Assembly (NCBI RefSeq): GCF_018350175.1
Contig: NC_058368.1
Location: forward strand, 47,804,001-47,868,000
Length of the DNA stretch: 64,000 nucleotides
Reading direction: 5' to 3'
Source: Felis catus
Taxonomy: Eukaryota
Position numbers and translations under genes: made by a program. The notes under the pieces were generated by a model that searched no databases, was not told where the DNA came from, and saw only the letters and a list, made by a program, of their open reading frames with translations. Positions 1-11,310 of the stretch are shown here, one piece after another (the stretch's first letter is position 1; every line of letters begins with the position of its first letter).

Positions 1-172
1 ACAAATGTAGATTATCTTAAATATTCTAATGTTATTATACAGTTAGATTTCAACAAATCAAAATCTGTTATACAATTATATACATTTTAAATTTACAAGT
101 TTGACTCTTTATTCTAATAGGTCAAATTTTATTTTGCATAATGAATACTTAAAATAACCAAGTATGCTCAGA

Positions 173-521
173 TTTTTTTTTTTTTTTTACTTCTGCTGTT
201 TACTTATTTCGAAGATACAGGATTCAGGTAGGGGCAAAAAGACAGGGTCCAGTTATGTTGCTCAGGCTGGAATCCAGTGGTATAATCTTGCTCCTAATCA
301 GCAGGATTGTTTTGACCTGCTGTGTTTTCTACCTGGGCCGGTTCACACCTCCTTAGGCAACCTGTTGGTCCCCACTCCAGGGAGGTCACCTTAGTGATAC
401 AGAACTTAGTGTGGACACCTGACATACATAGGGCACCATGGCCCAGAACTCCTGGATTTAAGGGATCCTCATGCCACAGCCTTCCAGGTAGCTGGGACTA
501 CAGGCACATGCCATGCCTGGT
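173..521 (-). pseudogene. RN7SL: 7SL (SRP RNA) retropseudogene, near full length, with 3' extension and poly(A) tail
   Basis: 236-521 matches the reverse complement of 7SL (gacagggtc..gttgctcaggctgg; acctgggccggttcacacctccttaggcaacctg; gtagctgggactacaggc). It includes the S domain and has many substitutions. T-run at 173-188; short TSD agattttt at 170-177 and 523-530. Confidence 0.93.
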
Positions 522-1229
522 TAGATTTTTAAACATAGAAATATTAATCATAGGAGTTTGGTTTTCTTAACCATTTCTCTGCTTAATTGGAAACTCTTCC
601 AAGGCTGGGAGATGCTTACTCCATGTAGACAAGATTACATCTCAATTTTTTTTTTCCCTTAATGCAGTTGCATTCTCAGAGACTCTGGGACACCCTGAAT
701 TTTATTGTAGCTGGGGTGATTTCACGTTCCTAAATGCTGGATTTAAGAGATATATTTCCTAATAATTCCATCTATTCATCACTTCTGTAATTCCTGCTGG
801 CCTGCTATCATCACTTGATTGAATTTTGCATTTCTTTGACTCTTAAGATATTTAAATGTCTTTCCATCTACTGGATCTAATGACTATTGTGCTTGTGAAT
901 TTTTTGCATTCTTTTTATATCCTTACTGTCTGTTAGGGCCTGAAGCACTCCCTAATATAAGGTCAGCCCACTGAAATCTGGCTATCCTTCAAGACTTTGT
1001 CTTAGTAAAGTCACAGTTTTGAAGGTCATCCTGACTTAGGCCAGCCAGGATCTTCTACTGTGTTTGCTGATCATCTCTCTAAGCCTAGTTGGCTCATTCT
1101 CAGTTGTTCAGGTCTCAGTTTGAATGTCCCCCCCTCAGAGTTTCTCTCTTGGGTTGTTCTTTTTAAGAGAGCACTCCTTTATTATTTTACATAACAGCAC
1201 TTCTTAAAAAATGTTTTTCACACCACATA

Positions 1230-2341
1230 AGAAAATCGTAAGGAAGAAGAACAAAGTTGGAGGTATCACAATCCCAGATTTCAAGATGTACTATAGAGTT
1301 GTAGTAATCCAAACAGTAGGGGACTGGCACAAAAATAGACACGTAGATCCATGGAATAGACCAAAGAGCCCAGAAATAAACCCATGCTTATATGGTCAAT
1401 TAATCTACAACAAAGGAGGCAAGAATATACAATGGGGAAAAGACAGTCTCTTCAAATGGTGCTGGAAACCTGGGCAGCTACATGCAAAAGGATGAATCTG
1501 GACCACTTTCTTACACCATATACAAAAATAAACTCAAGTGGATTAAAGACCTAAATATGTCACCTGAAACTGTAAAACTTCTAGAAGAAAACATAGACAA
1601 TCATTTCTTCAACATTGGCCACGGAAACATTTTTCTAGATATGTTTCTTGAGTCAAGGGAAACAAAAGCAAAACAAACTGTTGGGACCATACCAAAATGA
1701 AACACTTGCACGGTGAGGAAAATCTTCAACAAAATGAAGACAACCTACTGAATGGGAGAAAATATTTGCAGGTGACATATCTGGTAAAGGGTAAATATCC
1801 AAAATATATAAATGATTCATAAAACTCAGCACCCAACAAGCAAATAATCTGATTAAAAAAATGGGAAGAGAACCTGAATTGACATTTTTCCAAAAAAGGC
1901 ATACAAAAGGCCAACAGATACATGAAAAGATGCTTAACATCACTAATCATTAGGGAAATTTAAATCAGAACCACAACAGGATATCACTTCACATCTGTTG
2001 GAATGACTAGAAGCAAAAAGACAAGAAATAAAAAATGTTGGTAAGGATGTAGAGAAAAAGGAACACTTGTGCCCTATTGGTAGAAATGTAAATTGGTACA
2101 GCTATTGTGGAAAACAGTATAGAGAGTCCTCAAAAAATTAAAAATATAAATTTTCTATGATCCAGTAATTTTACTACTGGGTTTTTACACCGCCCCCCCC
2201 CCACCAAAAAAAAATAATCAAAAAGATATATACATTCCTGTGTTTATTGCAGCATTATCTACAATAGCTAAGATATAGAAGCAACCCGAGTTTCCATTAA
2301 TAGATGAATGATTAAGAAAGATGTGGTACACACACATGCGT

Positions 2342-2382
<41 letters not shown>

Positions 2383-2750
2383 AATATTATTCATCCATAA
2401 AAAAGAATGAGACCTTGTCATTTGCAACAACATGGATGGACTGGATATAATGCTAAGTGAAATAAGTCAGAGAAAGACAAGTACCATATGATTTAACGTA
2501 TATGTGGAATTTAAGAAACAAATGAACAAACAAAGAAAAAAGAGACAAAAAATAGATTCTTAAATATGGAGAACAAATTGATGGTCACCAGATGGGTGAG
2601 GGATGGGTGAAATAGGTGAAGGGGATTAAGAATATACTTACTGTGATGAGCACGGAGTAATGTGTGGAATTCTTGAATCATTATATTGTACACCTGATAC
2701 TAATATAACCCTGTATGTTAATTATATTTCAATAAAAAATAAACATAAAA
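1230..2750 (+). mobile_element. 5'-truncated LINE-1 (carnivore type): ORF2 C-terminal part plus 3' UTR, degenerate
   Basis: ORF pieces [39 protein letters not shown] and [17 protein letters not shown] are L1 ORF2p. Frameshifted; L1 3' UTR; aataaa at 2731; internal (CA)n at 2328-2380. Confidence 0.95.
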
Positions 2751-2834
2751 ATCTGTGATTATTAATTAATCTACTTGTTAGTTATCTGTCCCACTATAGA
2801 GCAATCTCCATGTAAAGGCTAGTGTTTTTCTTAC

Positions 2835-3056
2835 TTTTTTAAAAAAAGTTTGTTTGTTTATTTATTTATTTATTTAGAGAAACAGAGCACATGAGTGGGG
2901 GAAGGGCAGAGAGAGAGGGAGAGAGAGAGAATCCCAAGCAGCCTCTGTGCTGTCAGCATGGAGGCTGATGTGGGGCTCTCACCCATAACTGTGAGATCGT
3001 GACCTGAGCTGAAGCCAAGAGCTGGATACTTAACCGACTGAGCCCCCCTGCGCCCC
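2835..3056 (-). mobile_element. Can-SINE
   Basis: tRNA-like head, (GA)n and T-rich tail, in reverse orientation. Confidence 0.9.
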
Positions 3057-3642
3057 GGATCTTTTTTTTTCTTCCAGTTAAACACTTTATTTTAGGGAAG
3101 TAATTTTAGGGTCATGAGAAGTTGAAAAGATAACCAAGAGTTCTGTGATCTCTTCCTCTAGCTTCTGCAAAGACTATATTCTTACATTATCAAAACCAGG
3201 AAGTTGCCACTGCTACAATACTATTGTCTAGACTTACAGACCTCCAGTTTACATATGCTCATGTGTATGTCTGTGCATATGCCCATGTGTGTGTTCTATG
3301 AAATTTCATCCCATGTATAAATTCATGTAACCTACCACAACCTACCATCACCACAACAACATTCTTTCCTGCTCTCCCTGTGGGAGGACTGTCTGTCTTT
3401 ACTTTTGTCCCGCCAGCGCCCTGCGTAGTGTCGGGTAAGTAACGGCATCCCATAAATGTTTGTTGAATATACCAGAACATGGCTAGAAATTACTAGGGAA
3501 ATTTGCCTAATTTGGTTGGATACAGATGTATTACTCTGTCGGATTTCAGTTATAAGAGGATATTTGAGGAGAAAAATGTTATCAAAATCCATCTCATAAT
3601 GACTAATTTACAAAGAACACAAAAAAATCTGTGGCTACCAAA

Positions 3643-3799
3643 GCATAAGAGACTCTTAGAAACTGAGAACAAACTGAGGGTTGATGGGGGGTGGGAGGGA
3701 GGGGAGGGTGGGTGATGGGTATTGAGGAGGGCACCTGTTGGGATGAGCACTGGGCGTTGTATGGAAACCAATTTGACAATGAATTTCATATATTGAAGA
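3643..3799 (+). mobile_element. Young, severely 5'-truncated felid L1 3' end
   Basis: L1 3' UTR (actgagaacaaactgagggttgatgggggg...aaccaatttgacaat) flanked by a perfect 22-bp TSD aaaaaaatctgtggctaccaaa at 3621-3642 and 3800-3821. Confidence 0.93.
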
Positions 3800-6120
3800 A
3801 AAAAAATCTGTGGCTACCAAATCTCACAGAAATGTTTCATCACTAATCAATCCAAATCTTATAATCAAGCCTTTGCCAATGTGAAAGTTTAAGTCTTGAC
3901 AGGAGGCTTCAATAGACCCCACATACATGTACATATATTTGTCTCTGATGAATTATGTGGAACGTCATTTTGATATCATCTGGAATTCAGACTAGAAGAT
4001 GGTGACCCAACTGGAGTGCAGAGCTCCAGTGCTGTGAAGGTCTCACTTCCTCCTGTTTCCGATTACTACTACCGTCTCAGAGTAAATAGAAACATGACCC
4101 TCCATTAACGTGCTTTAGACTGACTACAATAAGATTTCCCCTAATGGGACTAGAGGGAAATCGACTACTTCTGAAAGATATTTGCACATTGTTGGAGTTT
4201 CTTGACCTTAAGATATCTTTTTGGGAGCATTTAAAGAACTAAAGAAAGAACTTGCCCTTTAAGGAGACCTTGTGACAGGAGGAGGTGGGAGAATAATTAT
4301 GCTGCATACCAGACCTTACCTTTGCACAGAATAACTACATGACAAATGCTAAAGCAAACATGCTATAAGAATACAACAATATTCATTCACCTCTTTTCTG
4401 ATAAGAAAGGTTTATGAATTTTTATATCTTGAAAACCTTTGTTTTGCAGGCTTTGCTTTAGCAGGTTGCCTCTTACTCAGTGTGTGAAGATTGAATCACT
4501 TTGGAATCCATTTGTATTTAGTTACTGGAGGTGTAGCATTGAGCGTATTTTGTGTTGGAAACCGCAGGTAGGACCTGTTTCTGTAAATGATTTATTTCCA
4601 TGGATCTCTTCCTTTAATTGATTTGATATTTACTTAAGAAAGTTCTTTCTTTGCTTGCCTTGTCAGCCCCCTCTGAGAGCTTTTGTAAAGTATGTCGCCG
4701 TCATAAATAGCCTGATTCCTCCCCGGACCAGTTGTTTCTCTGAGGTTTATGCATCTTTAAATGGATTCTGGGCACCATTTCATAAGGATTTTTCTTGAAG
4801 TTCTCTTTTGGGATAAAACCCATGGCTCGAGGAAGCTTTAACCTGGACCTCAGTTAACACTATGGACTATTGAAGTAGCTGCAATCCTACTTGGATTTTA
4901 AATAAAAGCATCTTTAGAAATGTTTGCTAGTTTCATTGATTATAAAATTCAATCTAAATGCAAACAGGGTGACGGTGATGTAAACTCAGCTTTAAAACAA
5001 ATCCGGTGCCAGCCCTCCCAACTGCACAGCCAGCCTTAAGCCATTCTAGAGTGGCCACTGGATGTGTAAGCTGTGATGCAGAGTCCTTCAGCTGGGAGGC
5101 CAGTAAGTCTAGAGTGGCCCAGTGTCTTCACCTCTCTGCGTAATAGAGATTCCAAGGTCCTAAGATGATTTGTGTGTATTTCATCTCAGTCCCCGTTCAT
5201 ATTGTGGTAGTAAGGCAGGTATGGAGCATGCTCTTCAAGTTGAATTTTTGAGCTCCGTGGAGCTGGCCGTGCAGGAGTCCAGGCCTAGGGAACAGGGCTT
5301 GAAGAAGGGATGTCCCCATTCTGTAACTAGTCCCCCTTTCTCAACAGCAGCTGGAAGCCGTTCAGTCCTTTTTCACCACCCTTTCTCTTCCTGTAAATAG
5401 AAAAATACTGCCTTTCTGCAAAATGATATTTCAAGAAGCATCTATGGTGTGTGTCTCAAGCTCACTTAAAAGGAAGAGTGGTTTTTATAGGGACAGGAAA
5501 ACTGAAGGCCAAGGTCACCAGACCTAAAGAGAGCTAAGAAAGAAAACTGCCTTCCAAAGCATCCAGCCGTTCCCAGCCACGGAGTCCTATTGGTGTCCAA
5601 AGCTTACAGTGCAAGTGATTTCAACTCAGAGCTCCTGGCTGCAGTCTTGGAATTGGCCCTATGAACTTCAGGGAGTCACTGAATTTCAACTTTGCTTAGG
5701 GAAGTCCACGACATGGGGCAAACCCTGTTCAGCCTTCCAGGGAACTTCCAGAGTTACGGACTCTTGTATGACTTGGTCATTTAAGTATACTTCCCAGACA
5801 GCAGTCCTTCATTTCGCCCTTATCAACATAAATATTTTCCCAAATGTTGCTTTCTGCTTTACCCTTTTCTCTGAGGAGGAAAGTATTGTCAGTGGAGAGG
5901 GCAGACCAAGGGCAGGGAACGGCTCATTTTTCCGCATCATGGAAAACATAGGATGTGCAGGAAACACATCCTTTCAGCTGGCCTAATCCCTCAGTGAGGC
6001 TCATTTCATTGTGTTCCGTCCTTGTTCGAACGTGATAAAAATAGAACACTCAGAGTGCCATGTCTGTAGAACCAGAGTGAAATGGAGAGTTGAGGTAATT
6101 GCCCAGATAATCCAAGCAAA

Positions 6121-6178
6121 GACAAAACAAAACAAAACAAAACAAAACAAAACAAAACAAAACAAAACAAAACAAAAC
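6121..6178 (+). repeat. (AAAAC)n microsatellite
   Basis: Pentanucleotide tandem array. Confidence 0.97.
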
Positions 6179-6839
6179 CAACCACTGGTGAGAAAAAAAG
6201 CAGCTTTAGGAGTTTAAATGATCCAGCCTGGTTCTCTACATTGTTCAAATTCATCAGCTCTGCCTCTATATTTACTTTTTCTACATAGACTGAGCCTAAG
6301 TTATGTTGAAGAGTTTTCTTCCCCCAATTTTATCTCAAGTACCACCTCAAAAAAAAATGCTTTTGCGTTGGAGTATCCCTCTCTGCCGTATTTCCCAGTA
6401 AGAGGGAAAGTAGATCTCATAATAGACTTATACATGTTTTGATATAAGTGTAAAAAACAGGGGCTCTGGAGTTTGGAGAGATTTCTTTTTCCTATGTTTC
6501 TGTGAGTTCCCCTTAGCAGGTTGCTAAATGCTGGAGATGGTTTATCTACACACTCACATGTTTTAGACCTGTTGCTTTATGCTTGGCTAAGTGCCTGTCA
6601 TGTGTGTTGGTTGCCGGCCCAACAGCTTGGCTCATTTAGAAAATCAGGGAACCCAATTTCCTCTGAGATAGCAGCCGGTAATATTCCACTGGATGCTAGT
6701 GAGACACTGCCTGAATTGGAGATGTCGTCCTGGCCGGAGTTCTTCTTAGACTGGCTTCCCACGTTGGGACCTTGGGACTGTGACTGGTCTCTCAGATTAC
6801 ACCCCTTGACCTTGTTGTTTTCAAGACACTGCTTTTCTC

Positions 6840-7135
6840 AATCTCCCTCTTACATGGACTCAAACCTGTTCATTCATTCTTCTGATTTTTTCCTTCTGCC
6901 TCTTTCCCGACATAACCAGCCACCAAGTTCTATGGATTCTTCTTTCCCAAAAGTTTCCATTATTCTAAACTTTAATTTTATTCCCATTCCTTGAGTTTCG
7001 GTTCCTATTTTCTTATCTTTCTCAGTAATTTCCTGATTTTTTTCAGTCTCACCTGTTTCTAATCTGTCCTAAGTAAATGCCAGAACAAACTTCCTTGAAG
7101 CTCTCCTTAATTGAATTGTAATTCCTTGCGGAAAA

Positions 7136-7167
<32 letters not shown>

Positions 7168-7430
7168 TTCCTTCCTTGATGGCTACTTGCTGCTTAACAT
7201 ATTTTGCTCAAATCCCTCACCCTGGCAATGAAAGCTTTGTCAGTTTTGTTGTGATGACTTTGGACCCTCATGTGAAAAGTCACCTCCAGCAAGGCAAGCT
7301 TATTGTCCTTCTACATGACGTGCCCTTCCTTCTCTTGCTCATCTATCAAAATCCTGACCATCTTCCAAGTCTAGATTGGATATCCTACTTGTTCCACAAA
7401 GATTTTTCTGTCGACCTTGGAAGGAAGTGA
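6840..7430 (+). mobile_element. Ancient L2 fragment
   Basis: Degenerate pyrimidine-rich L2 3' region motifs. Confidence 0.5.
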
Positions 7431-7586
7431 CCATTTTTGAACTGGAGTCACAGAATCTTAGAGGTTGAAGACATCTTGGAAGATGCTGAGTCCAACTTTC
7501 TACCCTTTGACCTTTGCTGGAACATGTCCAAGATGGGGAATACATAAACATGGCAGCTCACTGCATTTACTGGTAAGAATGTCTTT

Positions 7587-7648
7587 CTTTGCTTCCTTCC
7601 TCCCTTCCTTCCTTCCTTCCTCTCTCTCCCTTTCTTTCCTCTCCCTTT

Positions 7649-7684
<36 letters not shown>

Positions 7685-7850
7685 GCTTTCTTGCTTTCTT
7701 GCTTTCTTGCTTTCTTGCTTTCTTGCTTTCTTGCTTTCTTGCTTTCTTGCTTTCTTTCTTGCTTTCTTGCTTTCTTGCTTTCTTGCTTTCTTGCTTTCTT
7801 GCTTGCTTTCTTGCTTTCTTTCTTGCTTTCTTGCTTTCTTGCTTTCTCTC
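7587..7850 (+). repeat. Compound microsatellite (CTTC)n-(TTTC)n-(TTTCTTGC)n
   Basis: Tandem arrays seen directly; they generate the spurious FLAFLLSC/KQESKKAR ORFs. Confidence 0.97.
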
Positions 7851-9184
7851 CCTCTGTCTCTGTCTCTCTAATTTTAAGATAATTTCTGACTCCCTGGGCC
7901 TTATTTGTTTTTGGTGTGTCCTCAGGAGCAATACAAAAGACATGTCATTCTTCTTTTATATAAAAACCCCTCAAATATTTGATGAGTGCTATCCTAGTTA
8001 CCTGGACTAATTCAAATGTAACCCTTATTTTTCAGTTACTTCTTCTATCAAAATGGTTTCTAAATCATTCTCCATCTTGGCTATTTTACCTGGAAGTGCT
8101 CCAGGGTGTTAACAATGACCTTAAAATACAGATATCAGAAAAAAACCACAACTCTCCTGATTTATAGTATTCATTCCAGAGAACAGGATATGTCTGTACC
8201 ACTCATTTGGCTCATTATGTACTGTAGTATTTACAAGTTTTTTGGCTATAGAAGAGGGAGGGGATATTTCTGGTGCCTTTGCAATTTTGCTTGTAAACTC
8301 CATGATTAGCCTGTGGAAAACAGCAACTCGGATCTGCAAATCTCTGCGTCCTTTAAAGAGGCTCCCCGCATCTAATAGGCATTCAATACTTTGATTTTGA
8401 AAAACTCATCTCAAGTGACGAACTTTGCTGCATCTACTGTTCTCTTCTCAGCTCCTATATTATTTGATCTCTTGGCAGTATTGACACCGTTGACCAATTT
8501 TTTCCTGCTGGAAACTCTTCCTTTGGTTTCCATGACAGTGCACTCTGCCGATTTTCTACTTAACTCTCTCCACTTCTCAATCTACTTTGTAATTTCTTTT
8601 CAACACTGGGTTTCTGCAGGGCTCTTTCTAATGTCTTATCCCCTTCTCCTTCCATGTCATCCTCACTATCTCTTCCCTACTCTGCTGTCCATCTTTTCAA
8701 GCACAGATTACTATAATAATCTCCTGCAATCAGAGTTTTAGAATTTTGTGAATGCTTAAAAATGGTTCAGCTTTCCTTTCCTAGGAAGAAAGACTGTGGG
8801 AAGAAGACAATTGAAGAGATTTGAGAGCTATTTAGGAAGTGGAATTGAATGAGCCTAGTGATGTGCTGGATTCTGTGGTGGGGAAGGGAAAGGAAGGGAG
8901 GGGCAATAGGTAACCAAGCAGTGCGGGGAGGAAGAGTGTGCGGCGTCCGTTGCACGCTCTATTTCCCATCAAAGCACTTCTGTGTTCATTGTAATCACTT
9001 GTCTGCAGGCACATGCCCTGCAGTGGACCTGCCCTGCTGGTTCTGGGAAGGCAGGGACTCCAAGTATCCGCTGTGCTCGTGGTTGTACCCCCCTATCATG
9101 CACAGCACACATTGGGATGCGTTTTTATTTTTTAGTATTATTTCAATCATGCTCTATTATGTTTAATTAAGTATGAAGACTTCC

Positions 9185-9222
9185 ATCGCTTCTCGGCCTT
9201 TTGGCTAAGATCATGTATAGTA
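9185..9222 (+). pseudogene. RNU2: 3'-truncated (tailless) U2 snRNA retropseudogene, nt 1-38
   Basis: atcgcttctcggccttttggctaagatcatgtatagta matches 36/38 nt of the U2 5' end. Flanked by direct repeat taagtatgaagacttcca at 9168-9185 and 9221-9238. Confidence 0.95.
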
Positions 9223-9838
9223 AGTATGAAGACTTCCAATCACATCACCTGGAAACCATTTTACCCAACACTCTATTCGGCTGCCAGTCTCTTGTCTCTC
9301 TGCTTAGCAATGGTGAGGCAGGTACCCTTTCTGCAGGGAAGAGAAATCCATGGTTTGTTGCCTTTGCCAATAGCAAAAATGGTAGAGAGCCGAGTAGCAA
9401 AGCTGTTGCCATTGGCATTTTTCATGTGAACTACACCAAAAGAACCAGTTTGTCTCTCTCTGTCGGTGATGACCTAAATTCTTTCCATGTTAGCACCTCT
9501 GGTCACTACACACAGATTACCAGTATCAAACTTGATGAAATCAGTAATCTTTCCAGCCTCCAAATTAATCTGAGTGGTGCCATTCACCTTGATGAGGGGA
9601 TCAGAATAGTGGGTTGGTATAAGCATCATGGGGCACCAGATGAGAGATTCCTTTCATTCCCACAAAGATCTTTCTCATTTTGCACAACTTATAAGTGGCC
9701 TCCTTAGGTGTAATCTGATGAACAGCAAAGCAACCATTGGTGTCACAGATCAAGCAGAAATTGTCCCCAGTCTTGTTAATGCCAACGATGTCCATAAAAC
9801 CAGCAGAGGAAGTTATATCAGTTCAGACCTTGCCATCA

Positions 9839-9907
9839 TTTTTATTTTTAAGTTTATTTATTTATTTTGAGAGAGAGAGAGAGAGGAAGCATGAATTGGG
9901 GAGGGAC

Positions 9908-9943
<36 letters not shown>

Positions 9944-10057
9944 TCCCAAGCAGGCTCTGCACTGTCAGTGCAGATGCAGGGCTCGATCCCATGAACCTTG
10001 AGATCATGACCCGAGCCCAAGTTGGATGCTTAACTAATGAGCCACCCAGGTGCTCTG
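9839..10057 (-). mobile_element. Can-SINE inserted in the RPS4X retrocopy CDS
   Basis: SINE body; 14-bp TSD agaccttgccatca at 9825-9838 and 10058-10071. Confidence 0.95.
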
Positions 10058-10476
10058 AGACCTTGCCATCAATCTTAATAAAACACTATATACAGATCTT
10101 GTTTACTTCATCTCCTGTTAGGCCATACTTAAGTCTTTTCCTTAAGAAAATGATGAGAGGGAGACATTCTCTCCATTTATGGCGACCAGTAGATGGACAA
10201 GAGGCAAACACACCAGTCAGTTTGTCCAGCAGTTAATGCTTTGGAGCGGCTACACGGGTCAGGGACCGTGAACTGTAGCTATGCTAGGCACCAAAAGAGG
10301 ACTGCCTCCTTTTGGCATGAGAAAAGAGAGCTAAAAATATCTTTTCAGAAAAAGGTTTGGTAGGGACAGTTGAAGATCGTTCAGGGAAGAATGTGGTATC
10401 ATATCTTACTGCATACGACTGGAGTTATACAGCAGAAGAAAGAAAAGGCAAAAGATGGAACTTTATAATGTACTGT

Positions 10477-10687
10477 GGGGTGCCTGGGTGGCTTAGTTGG
10501 TTAAGTGTTCCACTTTGGCTCAGGTCATAATCTCATGGTTCGTAGGTTTGAGTCCTGCGTGGGGCTCTGTGCTGACAGCTCAGAGCCTGAAGTCTGCTTC
10601 AGATTATGTCTCCCCCTCTCTCTGCCCCTCCCCCACTTGCACTCTGTCTCTCTCAAAAATAAATGAACATTAAAAAAACATTTTTTT
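10477..10687 (+). mobile_element. Can-SINE
   Basis: ggggtgcctgggtggc head; TSD taatgtactgtg. Confidence 0.92.
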
Positions 10688-11266
10688 TAATGTACTGTGA
10701 CATTAACATCAGAAAAATGACACAACATGTTGGACCCAATCAGTGAAGTAATATTTACTGAGCATCTACTGGGGACAGGCCTCTGTGTTAAGGCCTTTGG
10801 GTAATCATATAGGGTTTGCTCAATAAGGACTTGATAAGGGGAGGCCTGGTTTATGCCTGTTGTCCCAGCTGAATCATTAAAAGTTCTCTCTTGTGGTCTA
10901 ACATTCTAACATGTTCTTATCTGGACAGTATATTAACTGATCACACTACCCCTGAGAGATATGACTAATTCCAATTCAAATCAACAAAAGAGATAGTTCT
11001 TGATATTGGGTTAGATGCGGGTCAGAGAGTCAGCAGCCACACCTGGTGGAGAGAGGATTTAGAGCTGTCATGAGGAAATTCACCCAAGAAAATTACTGGG
11101 AGAAAGAAAGAAACAAATCTAAAACTCTAAATAGAGTCAAGAAATCTCTAAAAGGAAGATCTGGTGGCTGATTTTGACAGGAGTCTAAAAGGGAATCTTT
11201 TTCAAGATGTTGCCATCCCTTCTTGGTTTGAAATTTCCACTGTAAGAGTTATCCACTGGGTTTCTA

Positions 11267-11267
<1 letters not shown>

Positions 11268-11309
<42 letters not shown>
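11268..11309 (+). repeat. Poly(A) run, ~42 nt
   Basis: Homopolymer seen directly. Confidence 0.95.

Positions 11310-11310
<1 letters not shown>

Larger units (their letters stand above)
9122..10330 (-). pseudogene. RPS4X: Processed pseudogene of 40S ribosomal protein S4 (eS4); former CDS ~9261-10276
   Basis: ORF 9601-9795(-) [46 protein letters not shown] matches RPS4X. C-terminal [11 protein letters not shown]...[13 protein letters not shown] and N-terminal [17 protein letters not shown] are recognisable. Intronless; ATG mutated to ACA; frameshifts and stops; A-tail remnant at 9122-9133. Confidence 0.96.

Noticed and set aside
236..521. Primate Alu, or a functional 7SL gene
   Set aside because: It contains the S domain, which Alu lacks. 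It is heavily mutated and has a poly(A) and TSD, so it is a retrocopy.
1211..1700. Protein-coding gene
   Set aside because: These are frameshifted L1 ORF2 remnants.
7465..8010. 181-aa (+) and 147-aa (-) ORFs
   Set aside because: They are translations of the (TTTCTTGC)n microsatellite.
9201..9707. 168-aa + strand ORF starting in the U2 fragment
   Set aside because: It is the antisense shadow of the RPS4X CDS, has a TTG start, and has no promoter or other support.
9261..10276. Functional RPS4 retrogene
   Set aside because: Start codon lost, early deletion, stops, frameshifts and a SINE insertion.
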